Positions 19,041 to 29,311 of a DNA stretch of 32,000 nt are shown piece by piece. Below the pieces are notes generated by a model. It was not told the origin of the DNA and did no database searches. It was given only the letters and a program-made list of their open reading frames with translations. Both the position numbers and the translations under genes were made by a program. Positions within the stretch are counted from its first letter, which is position 1; every line of letters begins with the position of its first letter. The stretch covers positions 600,001-632,000 of the forward strand of contig NC_006576.1 of assembly GCF_000010065.1 (NCBI RefSeq), in the 5' to 3' direction. This DNA comes from Synechococcus elongatus PCC 6301. Its GTDB lineage: Bacteria; Cyanobacteriota; Cyanobacteriia; Synechococcales; Synechococcaceae.

Positions 19041-21004
19041 GGCACTTGGTTGAGTAGCGCCAGCAGGGGGCCAGCTTGTTCTTGTCCACTGACGGCTAGG
19101 TCACTGTGGCAGAGAATGATGCGATCGCCCGCCCGAGCCAAGAGGTCTGCGAGGCAGCGCAGCAAGCGAGTTTGGGCTGCCTCAACGGGATCGAAGGGGT
19201 GCGGTGGGTGCCGTAAAAAGGCGGCGTAGCCGTAGTAGGCAGGCTGGTCGCGTTCCCAGAGGGGCGAGCCAATGTCCAGCCAAAACTGCCAGCGATGCTG
19301 GGCCTGAAGCATTCGGTATTGATAGAGCGTCGCGAGGGTGACGGCAGCGATCGGCGGCTGCCACTGGCTTTCTGGGAAGGGATCGGCGGCAAAGGTGCCA
19401 TCCATAACCAAGCTGTAAAATCGGCCCGCGATCGCGGCTTCTGGTGCCGTTCCAAGGACGGCCTGTAACTGCCAATGGTGATCGGCCACTTCGAGCAGAC
19501 GCCGTAGATGGGCAGTGTCTGCCAAACTGAGGCGATCGCGCGGCAAGAATTGCTGGGCAGCAGCTTCTAGCTGACCTAGGGCAGAGGGCTCCGTCTGCGC
19601 TTGGTGAAGCCAGTCCAGGATCGACTCATAGGCCCGAATCGCTTCGTCACCAAAACGATCCCAGCGCGGTGCCGCTGTCACTGCCAGTAGTTGGGGCTGC
19701 TCCCGTTGCGGCAGATAGAGGACATCCGCCATTAAGCCTGCTCGCACCGCATCGATCGCGCCATCGCTTAAGGTGGTCAGCATTTCTGCTACAGCCTCGC
19801 GCCGTAGGTGAAGCCCTAAACCTGGTTGGAGAAAGGCCAGGAGCGTGAGCAGCGATCGCACCAAGGCCGAACTGGGTAGGCGGCGCTGCTCTGCGAGGGG
19901 ACGGACGGCAATCCCTCGCTTCTCTAGAATTTGGATCAAGGTGTAGCGAGCGATCGCATCAATACCGGGACCCACGATCGCAATCTCTTGGGGTTGAATC
20001 ACACCGTTCTCAACGGCTTGAGCGATCGTTTCGGCCACCTGCCGCAGCAGTTGTCCCCGCGACACCGTTTGCAGACTAGAGAAAGGGCTCTCAAACCACA
20101 CTGGAGCAGTATCCAACCCATCAGCGGTTTCTAAGCTGGCTTGGAGGGCAGGTTGCCAGCAACTCAGACCAACGGATCCCGATCGCTGCGCCGGCGACTC
20201 CCCGCCAATTGCGCTCGCCCATGCTTGCCAAGCTTCAGGATCGGCCCCTTGACCTTCGCGGCAGCGGCCGAGGGGGTTGAAGGTACAGCCCCAGGGCCAG
20301 CCAGCGGCCTGAAATCGCTGGAAAACCGGTAGCAGTAACGCTGGATATTCATCGACATCATCACCGTAGCAGCCGCTAAAGCGCTGACTGAGGCGATCGC
20401 GATAAGTTGCCAGCGGCCAGAGATCTTGGCTGTAGAGCAGCGCCGCTAGACCATAGCTCAGCAGCCCCTGCGCCAAACACCAATCGACCCAAGTCTGGAG
20501 GGCAGGTACGATCGCCGGTGGAAGAGAGGCAGGCAGAACGGCTTGCAGGCGCTGGGGAATCTCGGGAATTGCAACGCCCGCCAACCCGGCCAGTAGCAAC
20601 AAGTCCAAGCAGCGCCGTACCGAAGCGGCCGCTACAGTACCGGGCCAGAGCAGACTTTCGTCGTTTAACCAGCCTTGCCAAACTTGACTGGCCAGAACCT
20701 GCTCGCTTTCCGAGGGTAGGAAGACAACTTGGTTTGGGGCTTGCGACAATCGCAACCAAGGCCAGAACAGCTCTACTTCCTGCTGAATGAAGCCAAGGGG
20801 CGTCGCAGTTTGATAGGTGGCAGTAAGGCCAACGGTAGCGCGAAGTCGCGTTTCGAGTTGTAGGCGGCGATCGCCCGTGGCAGCAAAAATTAGCAGCGGC
20901 AGGCTGCTCGGGGATTGCGATCGCCCTACCGCTTGCACCCACTCTGGTAATTGCTCGGTCCGTCCTTGCCGACTTGGGCAGTCGAACCACATGGCCGTTG
21001 ACAT
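19007..21004 (-). CDS. Divergent UvrD/AddB-like helicase-exonuclease family protein, function uncertain
   Basis: 665 aa with an overall helicase/AddB-like layout (PLLIFAATGDRRLQLETRL; LLRQVAETIAQAVENGVIQPQEIAIVGPG; RIILCHSDLAVSGQEQAGPLLALLNQ). No canonical Walker A. Confidence 0.5.
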   Translation of the reverse strand: MSTAMWFDCPSRQGRTEQLPEWVQAVGRSQSPSSLPLLIFAATGDRRLQLETRLRATVGLTATYQTATPLGFIQQEVELFWPWLRLSQAPNQVVFLPSESEQVLASQVWQGWLNDESLLWPGTVAAASVRRCLDLLLLAGLAGVAIPEIPQRLQAVLPASLPPAIVPALQTWVDWCLAQGLLSYGLAALLYSQDLWPLATYRDRLSQRFSGCYGDDVDEYPALLLPVFQRFQAAGWPWGCTFNPLGRCREGQGADPEAWQAWASAIGGESPAQRSGSVGLSCWQPALQASLETADGLDTAPVWFESPFSSLQTVSRGQLLRQVAETIAQAVENGVIQPQEIAIVGPGIDAIARYTLIQILEKRGIAVRPLAEQRRLPSSALVRSLLTLLAFLQPGLGLHLRREAVAEMLTTLSDGAIDAVRAGLMADVLYLPQREQPQLLAVTAAPRWDRFGDEAIRAYESILDWLHQAQTEPSALGQLEAAAQQFLPRDRLSLADTAHLRRLLEVADHHWQLQAVLGTAPEAAIAGRFYSLVMDGTFAADPFPESQWQPPIAAVTLATLYQYRMLQAQHRWQFWLDIGSPLWERDQPAYYGYAAFLRHPPHPFDPVEAAQTRLLRCLADLLARAGDRIILCHSDLAVSGQEQAGPLLALLNQVPQEALAGKAGC

Positions 21005-21076
21005 TGCAGCAATCTCAGAGCACTACAATCATGGGACAGTCACTGCTGGCATCGCCGCGATTTCCTCTGATTTACT

Positions 21077-22342
21077 ATGGCGTTCTTTGCAGGGATTTCC
21101 GATTGGGTTGCTCAACGCCTTCAGCGGAATTCTGAAACTGCGCGGCTCGACCTAGAGCGAGCCTACGAGGCTGCTCTCTACATCACCGCCCTTGAAACTG
21201 AATACGCCAGCGGGCGATCGCTGCGGCGCTTGCCCTCCCAGCTCAGTGCCCGTCAGCAGACGAGTCTCCAAGCGGAATTGCGACAAACACTCCGCAGCCT
21301 GCGGCACTACCGACAGCGCTACAGACGCCATCAGCCCGTCCAGCTCCAAGCGGGGCTAGCCTTGGGCCGACCCGGGATGGGGATGCCGACCATCGCCCAT
21401 GAGAAGCTACAACTCATTGAGCAAGTCTTAGCCCGCTACGGACAGCCCACTGTTCACTCCTCCAATCCTGATGATTCGCAACTGATGACCTCGAAAAACA
21501 ACTCGAAGCCAGTTCCCGATCCCGAAAGTGATGATGAGTATCTGATCAGTCAGACAAGCTTTTTACCGCGATCGATTTTTGGCGCGTTTGCTGACTTACG
21601 CCAGCAGCTAGATCCCAAGGCCGAAGACCAGATTGTTCAGAATTTTCGATCGCGCAAGGGCAAAACCCTAATCGCTTTACGGTTTGTCCTGCTGTTGGTC
21701 TTGGTACCCCTGCTAACACAGCAAATCAGCAAGTCATTCATCGTTGGCCCCATCGTCGATCGCCTGCGCAGCCAAGACCCAGAGGCAATTTTCCTCAACT
21801 TCCAAATGGAAGAAGAAGCTTTCGTCAAGCTGAATCAATACCAGCAGCTACTCCGCTTTCAGCACTACCTCAAAGAAGCCCCACCCCTGACAGAGGCTGA
21901 AATTGATGAGCGGGTGCGGGAGAAGGCCGAAGAAATCGCTGTTGAATATCGCCAAGAAAGTTCTAATGCAATCAAGAACATTTTTGCGGACCTCATTTCT
22001 GCAGCAGCCTTTGCTATCTTGCTGATTTCCTCACAGGAAGAAATTCAGCTGCTCAAATCCTTTATTGATGAGGTTGTCTACGGCATTAGCGATAGTGCCA
22101 AGGCCTTTATCATTATTTTGTTCACTGATATTTTTGTTGGCTTTCACTCACCCCACGGCTGGGAGGTGATCCTAGAGTCAATTTCTCGACACTTTGGAAT
22201 TCCGGAGAATCGCTCTTTTATCTTCCTGTTCATTGCGACTTTTCCCGTCATCCTTGACACGATCTTCAAGTATTGGATCTTCCGCTATCTCAACCGGATT
22301 TCACCCTCGGCTGTGGCGACTTATCGCAACATGAACGAGTAG
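21077..22342 (+). CDS. pxcA: Proton extrusion protein PxcA (CemA/Ycf10 family)
   Basis: [62 protein letters not shown] and [66 protein letters not shown]. Confidence 0.92.
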
Positions 22343-22351
22343 ACGATCGCC

Positions 22352-22894
22352 ATGCTATCTGTCGTCACAGGCCCCAGCCGTTCTGGTAAAAGCGAGTGGG
22401 CTGAGCAGCTGGCGTTGCAGTCACAGCTCGCGGTGACCTACATTGCAACAGCGCAAATGAATCTGGAGGATCCCGAGTGGTGCGATCGCATTGCCCTCCA
22501 TCAACAGCGCCGCCCCGCTGACTGGCAGACCTTAAATATTCAGGCTGAGCTGGCAACAATCCTGACACAAGCCAGCGATCGTGATTGTCTTTTAGTCGAT
22601 TCTTTGGGGACTTGGGTTGCTGCTTTTTTAGAAGATTCAGAGGCTGATTGGAGCCAACGCAGCGAGACTTTATTACAGTCGCTTCAAAATTGTTTAGCAA
22701 CTGTCATCATTGTTGCGGAAGAAACAGGCTGGGGCGTTGTACCAGCCTATCCGCTAGGGCGACAGTTTCGCGATCGCCTCGGATCCTTAACCCGTGCAAT
22801 TTCTGGGCAAGCCGATCAAGTTTTTCTCGCGGTGGCAGGCTATGCCCTAGACCTCAAGTTGCTAGGTGTCATGATTCCGAGCACAAGGCTATAG
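22352..22894 (+). CDS. cobU: Adenosylcobinamide kinase / adenosylcobinamide-phosphate guanylyltransferase
   Basis: VTGPSRSGKSEWAEQLA, YIATAQ, RIALHQQRRPADW, LLVDSLGTWV, EETGWGVVPAYPLGRQFRDRLG. Confidence 0.92.
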   Translation: MLSVVTGPSRSGKSEWAEQLALQSQLAVTYIATAQMNLEDPEWCDRIALHQQRRPADWQTLNIQAELATILTQASDRDCLLVDSLGTWVAAFLEDSEADWSQRSETLLQSLQNCLATVIIVAEETGWGVVPAYPLGRQFRDRLGSLTRAISGQADQVFLAVAGYALDLKLLGVMIPSTRL

Positions 22895-22983
22895 AAATCC
22901 TCAAGATTGAAAGCCCATGTTGCCGGACTAGGATGAAGGCGAGAGAACTCAACGATTCAAGTCCATTCAGCAAGGGCATTGCT

Positions 22984-23427
22984 ATGGCTTCCCTGCAACA
23001 ATTGCAGCAATATCTTGCCTTATGGTTTCAAGTTGGACAGAGCGTCATTGCAACTGCAAGTGGCCAGACCTACTGCCCGCAACCAGTGCTATCACAGGGT
23101 CAATACTCAACTGAGTTCCGAGACTGTTGGCAGCAGCTTGAGCATCTGGGCCTAGAAAATTGTTACCTCGAGGGCACCGTTCTCAGTCTGCAGGAGCTGC
23201 TGAGTCCTGCGTGGGAGATCACAGGCTGTGCCCGCTGCTTAATGCCGATCGCTCTCCCAATCGGCAAAGTGCAGAGTCTGTCCTGTCCCTGTAGTGACTC
23301 GTTGGCCTGGCCCAATTTTGAGCTGCCAATGCCCCACGTCCCAGAAGGTGCTAACGCTTCCTTGCAGCGGATTTGCGATCGGATTACGGCGGGCGATCGC
23401 CGCCGCGACTTGGCTCAGTGGAATTGA
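22984..23427 (+). CDS. Hypothetical protein with cysteine motifs (start at 22984; the ORF-track extension from 22648 overlaps cobU)
   Basis: MASLQQLQQYLALWFQVGQSVIATASGQTYCPQPVL... with CARC and CPC motifs. Confidence 0.7.
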   Translation: MASLQQLQQYLALWFQVGQSVIATASGQTYCPQPVLSQGQYSTEFRDCWQQLEHLGLENCYLEGTVLSLQELLSPAWEITGCARCLMPIALPIGKVQSLSCPCSDSLAWPNFELPMPHVPEGANASLQRICDRITAGDRRRDLAQWN

Positions 23428-23531
23428 ATCCTCAGTCATTCCCCGTCATCCGGACTGCCAGTCCCGCAGAGGCGTCCACACTGATCAACAATGAGGGGAA
23501 AAGCGTTCGCATTCTAAAACTGATTCCAACG

Positions 23532-23858
23532 ATGGCGACTTATCACTACATTTTGGCTAGCGAAAAATTTTTGCTCGAAGAGGAGCCGCTCGAAGAGGTG
23601 TTGCAGGAGCGCCAGCGCCACTATGCAGAGCGCAATCAAACCATTGATTTTTGGCTAGTGCGGCAGCCTGCTTTCCTTGAAGCGCCTGAGTTAGCGAGCG
23701 TGAAAGCACAATGTCCACAACCTGCTGCTGCGATCGTTTCGACCAATCCGCAGTTCATTACTTGGCTGAAGCTGCGCTTGGAGTTTGTCTTGACGGGAAG
23801 TTTTGAGGCTCCGACTGCTGCGATCGCCGATCCTTTAGCTTCATTGGTGGCTGCCTAG
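23532..23858 (+). CDS. ycf54: Ycf54 family protein (component of Mg-protoporphyrin IX monomethyl ester cyclase)
   Basis: MATYHYILASEKFLLEEEPLEEVLQERQRHYAERNQTIDFWLVRQPAFLEAPELASVKAQCPQPAAAIVSTNPQFITWLKLRLEFVLTGSFEAP matches the conserved family pattern. Confidence 0.92.
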   Translation: MATYHYILASEKFLLEEEPLEEVLQERQRHYAERNQTIDFWLVRQPAFLEAPELASVKAQCPQPAAAIVSTNPQFITWLKLRLEFVLTGSFEAPTAAIADPLASLVAA

Positions 23859-24082
23859 TTGCGATCGCCCGTTCCGCGCCACTCTTGACTGTAGATCAGC
23901 AGGGTGGCGCGACTAGTGGCTGAGCTATGGGTGGGAAGCAATCGCTCATCTGGACAGCATAGGCTGCCGTTGCTTTTTCGCCTTACCTGCTCAGACCCAA
24001 GCGGGTGAGGAATACACGATTCTTGCAAGCCTTGGGATCTCGTCGGCTATCATTCTCAATATGACGAGCTAGTTGACTCGCA

Positions 24083-24526
24083 ATGACCTACACAGCGGCC
24101 TCCCTCAAAGCGGAATTGAACGAGCGAGGCTGGCGATTGACGCCTCAGCGCGAAGAAATTCTGCGAGTCTTTCAAAATCTCCCAGCAGGTGAACACCTCA
24201 GTGCTGAGGACCTTTACAATCATTTGCTGAGTCGCAATTCACCCATCAGCCTCTCGACTATCTATCGCACCCTGAAGCTAATGGCTCGCATGGGTCTCCT
24301 GCGAGAGCTAGATCTGGCCGAAGATCACAAGCACTACGAGCTCAATCAACCCCTGAAGCATCACCATCACTTGATCTGCGTCAGTTGCAGCAAGACGATT
24401 GAGTTCAAGAGCGATTCCGTGCTCAAAATTGGCGCCAAGACTTCCGAGAAGGAGGGCTACCACCTCTTGGATTGTCAGCTCACCATTCATGGCGTCTGCC
24501 CAACCTGTCAGCGATCGCTGGTTTAG
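24083..24526 (+). CDS. fur: Fur-family transcriptional regulator
   Basis: RLTPQREEILRVF, LSAEDLYNHLL, STIYRTLKLMARMGLLREL, HKHYELNQPLKHHHHLICVSC and CPTC. Confidence 0.88.
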   Translation: MTYTAASLKAELNERGWRLTPQREEILRVFQNLPAGEHLSAEDLYNHLLSRNSPISLSTIYRTLKLMARMGLLRELDLAEDHKHYELNQPLKHHHHLICVSCSKTIEFKSDSVLKIGAKTSEKEGYHLLDCQLTIHGVCPTCQRSLV

Positions 24527-24574
24527 GTGCAGCTAGCGTAGCGTCCGCAGAAGCAACGACCAATGACAATGGTG

Positions 24575-25726
24575 TTAGGAAACGGCACTTGCGGACAGCA
24601 CTGCAGCTGGCAAGAGGTCTTGATAGAGCTGTTCGAGGCGATCGAGGTTGCCCTCAAGGGTGTAGCGATCGAGCACCCGCTGGCGCGCCTTACAACCCAA
24701 AATGGCGCTGAGTTCCGGTTGGTCGCGCAGAACAGGCAACAGTGTCTGGAGCTGAGCGGAGGTCCGCTGCGGATTGAGCACAATGCCGGCGCCGCCTTCC
24801 AACACTTCCCCATCGGCACCCGCATCGGTGGCTAGGCAAGCCACACCGCAGGCCATCGCCTCTAACAAGGAGAGCGATAGTCCTTCCACAAAAGAGGGCA
24901 GGATGAAGGCATCCGCGGCACGCAGCATTTGGATACGGCGTTGCTCATCGGCCTCAAATCCCCACCACTGCACCCCTTGCTCAGGGCCATAACTGACTTC
25001 TAGCAGCGATCGCAGCGTACCGTCCCCAACAATCAACAAGCGGCTTTCCGGCCCCAAATTTGCCAGCTTCCAGCCCCGGAGTAGGGCTTCCACATTTTTC
25101 TCAGCCGCAATTCGCCCCATGTAGACAAACAGGCGATCGACCCCGAGTTGTTGCTTGAAGTCCGAGGGCCCAGGGCTATAGCGATCGATATCGACCCCGT
25201 TCGGAATCACGGCAATGCGATCGCTCGGAACCCCCAGCCGAATCAATAAATCTCGCTGGATTTGGGAGAAAACGACCGTGCGATCGTAGCGGGCGAGACA
25301 GGGTGCGTAGAGCTGATAAGTCAGGTGCTGCGTGCCCGAAGAAATATTGCGGAGCTTATGGTCAAAAGCGGGATGGAAGGTCGCTACCAACGGTAGCCCC
25401 AGTTCTTCACAGATCTCTGGCAGCAGAAAATCCAGCGGCGAGAGCGTCAGTGAAGCGTGGACGAGATCAGGGCGAATTTCTTCCAGCGAAGACTTAAGAA
25501 CTTTGCTGGAACGAAAGGACGGGATTGTATAAATCTGAGATTTGTAGAGGCAGGGCAGCGAGACTTCTATGCCCTCACTTCCCTCATCACTGGCTTCAGC
25601 TTCACTTTGGGCAAAGTGGAAAAAGCTGACATCGTGGCCGCGATCGCGCAGCGCGTTGGTAATTTCTCGACTGTAGGTGACGTTGCCGCAGAAAGGAGAC
25701 TTCTTACCCAGCCAAGCAATCCGCAT
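24575..25726 (-). CDS. GT4-family glycosyltransferase
   Basis: MRIAWLGKKSPFCGNVTYSREITNALRDRGH, RIAVIPNGVDIDRYSPG, YMGRIAAEKNVEALLRGW, ILPSFVEGLSLSLLEAMACGVACLATDAGADGEVLEGG. Confidence 0.9.
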   Translation of the reverse strand: MRIAWLGKKSPFCGNVTYSREITNALRDRGHDVSFFHFAQSEAEASDEGSEGIEVSLPCLYKSQIYTIPSFRSSKVLKSSLEEIRPDLVHASLTLSPLDFLLPEICEELGLPLVATFHPAFDHKLRNISSGTQHLTYQLYAPCLARYDRTVVFSQIQRDLLIRLGVPSDRIAVIPNGVDIDRYSPGPSDFKQQLGVDRLFVYMGRIAAEKNVEALLRGWKLANLGPESRLLIVGDGTLRSLLEVSYGPEQGVQWWGFEADEQRRIQMLRAADAFILPSFVEGLSLSLLEAMACGVACLATDAGADGEVLEGGAGIVLNPQRTSAQLQTLLPVLRDQPELSAILGCKARQRVLDRYTLEGNLDRLEQLYQDLLPAAVLSASAVS

Positions 25727-25769
25727 ATCATCGCCGTACCAATCTTAATGGGCAGGATAGCACTGAGTC

Positions 25770-27152
25770 TTATCCGGTGCGGTTATGACTGAGCCAGCTC
25801 CCTAACAGGACGATTGCTGATAATCCCAAAAGGGTGGCCGTCAGCCCCAGCCAGCTCTCAGCCAGACCTGCCACGGCGAGCGGCAAGCTGAGGGCGATAT
25901 TGATCGCATTGTTTTGCAGCCCGAAAACCTTACCCCGCATGTCCGTGGGCGTTTTTTCCTGAATGACGGTTTGCATGGGAATGCCCAGCGCCGCTGCAAA
26001 AATTCCGAGAGTCGTAATACAAACCACACTGCCGGCCATGCTCGGTTCGAGACAGGCCAAAATCGCCAGCATGATTGCCATGCCAACCGAGCCGGTGAGG
26101 GCAAGACGCTGACGTGAAAAGCGTTGCCCAAACTGACCGACGAGTAGGGCTCCAATACCCATCCCTAAACCAGCGACGGAGAGCAAGATCCCAAACTGAT
26201 CAGCCCCTAGGTTGGGAATCAGTTCTGCCAGCCGTACCGCTAGGACTGCGAGCGCAGCAAAGACCGAGAACAGGATCACGAGCTGCACCATTGCTGCCCG
26301 CACCAAGGGCTGTTGCTGAAGGTAGTTCAGGCCATCCAATACATCCGCCCAGAGATGGCGATCGCTCATGTGACTGCGATCGCGGGGACGCAGCCGCAGG
26401 CGGATGAACACCAGCCCCGATAGCACGTAGAACATGCCCACTAGGATTTCTTTACCTTCCCCCATACCGACCTGCTCCAGCAGGGTATCGGCCAAACTCA
26501 GGAGCGGCTCACCAACAGCAAAGCCAACGATCGTGGCACCCATCGTGGTAGTGGTGTAGATCGAATTAGCAGCCAGCAAGTGCGATCGCCGCACAATCAG
26601 CGGAATGACAACCTGCTCTGCCGGTGAGAAGAATTGATTGAGAGTGGAGACGAGAAACGTGATCGCTAGCAAGATTTGAAAGCCGACCGGCTGCCCAAAC
26701 AGCCACGTTTGACCCTCGGTCAGATACAGCAACAGGGGAATGGCCAGCACCATGATTCCCCGGATGACATTGCTCCAAATCAAGACCTGTTTGAGGGGAC
26801 CGCGATCGACCCACACCCCGGCTAAGGAACCGAAGAGAACAGCAGGGATGGTGTAGGCAATCATGATGGCTGAAACCCAACCGCTGATCGGCTGCCCCTC
26901 GACTTGAAAACGGCTGCTGATCAGCGCAATCATCAAGACGAGGTAGATCTTGTCAGCCATCTGCGAAAAAATTTCGGCTAGCCACAACGCCAAAAAGTTG
27001 GGGTTGCGGAGCACGGGCCAAAATCCAGTGCGACCAGCGGGCGACGGCTGAGCCTTCATCTCTTCATCAGTAACATCAGGAGGAGGCGTCTGCTCACTAG
27101 GATCTTCAGGCGTCGGTGGCTGTTCTAGAACCGGCTCAGACAGAGGCAACAT
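25770..27152 (-). CDS. Major facilitator superfamily transporter
   Basis: 460 aa with many hydrophobic segments and MFS-like loops (GSLAGVWVDRGPLKQVLIWSNVIRG, GVVCITT..., GKVFGLQNNAINIALSLPLAVAG). Confidence 0.85.
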   Translation of the reverse strand: MLPLSEPVLEQPPTPEDPSEQTPPPDVTDEEMKAQPSPAGRTGFWPVLRNPNFLALWLAEIFSQMADKIYLVLMIALISSRFQVEGQPISGWVSAIMIAYTIPAVLFGSLAGVWVDRGPLKQVLIWSNVIRGIMVLAIPLLLYLTEGQTWLFGQPVGFQILLAITFLVSTLNQFFSPAEQVVIPLIVRRSHLLAANSIYTTTTMGATIVGFAVGEPLLSLADTLLEQVGMGEGKEILVGMFYVLSGLVFIRLRLRPRDRSHMSDRHLWADVLDGLNYLQQQPLVRAAMVQLVILFSVFAALAVLAVRLAELIPNLGADQFGILLSVAGLGMGIGALLVGQFGQRFSRQRLALTGSVGMAIMLAILACLEPSMAGSVVCITTLGIFAAALGIPMQTVIQEKTPTDMRGKVFGLQNNAINIALSLPLAVAGLAESWLGLTATLLGLSAIVLLGSWLSHNRTG

Positions 27153-27936
27153 GGGATCCTGTCAGCAACGTCTCCAGTAACAGCGCTGATTGTAAGGGCC
27201 GTTCCAGATGATACTCGGCAGAGTGGCGGAGTGCTCGCTCCAACATTTGCCAGGCCTCGCGGGGCAGGCTTGCCAGCGGCAGTACCGTTTGGCTGGTGGG
27301 AATCTGTTGCAAGGCAGCCAACTCCGTGGCGGTCAACAACAATTCTCGCTGATTGGGGCGACGCTGATACGCAGCAGTATCGGCCAACACACCGCCCAAA
27401 CTGGGGCTATAGCGCACTCGCCAACGAGATTGTTCCAGTCGCGGTTGCACAGCCTGTTGAGTCAGGCAGCAATAGTGGGTTTGCGGAGCCCAGCCCGCCC
27501 AGGCCAACAGCTGCCAGGTGCTTTGGAGGAGGTAGGGTAAAACTTCAAGCCCTGACTGGGTTTCAATCCGAGCGAGATCGCGGCAGAGCAGGGCGAAGAG
27601 TTCGGGTTGGGGATGGCGCTCAAGGGCCTGAGCGAGTACCAGTTCGGTGAGATATTGCGCCGCTGCCAGGCGGGCCAAGTCACCACTGAGGGCCGTATGG
27701 CTGGTCAAGGTTTCAACTTGCTGGAGACGATCGAGACTTTTGCCGCAGGCAATCAAACAGTCGCCAACCACAAAGAGAGCGGTGCGGCCTCCCAATTTTG
27801 ATCGCGGTTTGCGGGCCCCCGTCGCGACGACTCGCAGGAGTCCTTGATCCGGCGAGAGCAGGGTTAACAGGCGATCGGCCTCCCCAAGGGGCGTGGCCTT
27901 GAGCACGATCGCAGTGGTGGTGTAAGTGCGACTCAC
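27136..27936 (-). CDS. recO: DNA repair protein RecO
   Basis: [67 protein letters not shown]. Confidence 0.9.
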
Positions 27937-28619
27937 GCCGGTGCCGGAGTAGAAGCGGCCAGACGTTGTTGCAGGATCATGGGACCGTAGGAAGTTCCCA
28001 AGCGGATAGCTCCCGCTTCAACCAGCGCTGCCGCTTGATCCCAGGTGCGAATGCCGCCCGCCGCATGAATGCCAACACGGTTACGGGTCAGTTGCCGCAG
28101 TTGTTGTACCAAGGCCGGTGTCGCGCCGCCAAACCAGCCTGTACTGGTCTGTAGCATCGTTACCCCCGCATCCAGACAGAGGTCGGTCAATTGCTCTAGT
28201 TCACTGGGATTCAGCCGGGTTGCTTCCAGAATTGCTTTGATGGGAACGCCCGTGGCCTCCACAATTTCTGCTAGCTCTTGGTGAACGAGATCAGCGCGAT
28301 CGCTGCGCAGCCAGCCCAGATTGACGACAACATTCAGCTCTTGGGCCCCGTTTTCGACCGCTTCTTGAGCGGCGTAGACCTTGCTGGCAGCGGTACTCGC
28401 GCCATTGGGAAAATCGATGACCGTGCAGAGTCGAGGCGATCGCCCATTCAGCCATTCCCGCGCTTGACGCACCACCCAAGGAAAGAGGCAGACCGCTGCG
28501 AAGTGATAGCGATCGGCTTCTTGGCAGAGCTGATCAATCTGCTCTAGCGTGGCGGCAGGATCGAGCAGCGAGTGCTCAATGTAGGGGGCGAGGTCAAAAT
28601 CCGACGACAACTCAGCCAT
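27933..28619 (-). CDS. deoC: Deoxyribose-phosphate aldolase (start likely MAELSSDF at 28619)
   Basis: [81 protein letters not shown] and [31 protein letters not shown]. Confidence 0.93.
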
Positions 28620-28638
28620 AGACAGACGTTCCTTAGAA

Positions 28639-29253
28639 TCAGGCGCGATCGCTGACAAAGCGACGGATAGCTTCTTCCCGAATTGCCAATAAATTGGCAG
28701 CAAGATTCTGGTCCAGTTGAGTCTCAATTAGCTGGATCGGCATGGGCAGCTTGGGTGAGAGTGTGACGTCATAGGTCAGCTGGGTGCGATCTGCGTCTAC
28801 GGATTGAAACCGCCAGCTACCGTCAAACTGTTCAAAATCCCCCTCGATCATCTGAAATGCCAAGCACTCGTAGGGCGACTCTTGCATGGCTAAAACAACC
28901 CGCGCACAGAAGCGAAAACGCAGAAAACATTGGCTGCCAACCTGCTCCAGCCGAATCGAACCATCACTCGTCGGCAATCGCTGACTGATCGAGAGGTTGG
29001 GAATGAACTCTGCCAGACGGTTGTAGTCCGTCAACAACGCCCAGAGATCAGCGATCGCAACAGGGACTTCAATTTGGACTTGAATCCGCCGCTGGCGAGG
29101 GCCAAGGGAGTGGGCGTCGATCTGCACATCTTGCTGCGGAGAACGGTGCAGGGCGGGAAAACTCAGCGACAGAGGACTCACGTCGTCGTCTCTTGAACGG
29201 AATCGCTCTTCCAGCCTAGCGGAGGTCGCGGGTCTCTGCGAGGAGCAGAGCAT
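28639..29253 (-). CDS. SRPBCC / cyclase-dehydrase-like protein (N-terminal start uncertain)
   Basis: [35 protein letters not shown]... [15 protein letters not shown]... [27 protein letters not shown]. Confidence 0.8.
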
Positions 29254-29311
29254 TGAAGCCCTCCGAGAACTGCTGTAGGCTGCAGGCTATCTTGGCATCC
29301 CCTGGTTTGCA

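Noticed and set aside
22648-22983. Upstream extension of the cysteine-motif ORF
   Set aside because: It overlaps cobU in another frame and has no domain-like sequence. The recognisable protein begins at 22984.
23373-23531. N-terminal extension of the Ycf54 ORF
   Set aside because: The conserved Ycf54 sequence starts at MATYHYILASEKF. The extension mostly overlaps the preceding gene or intergenic DNA.
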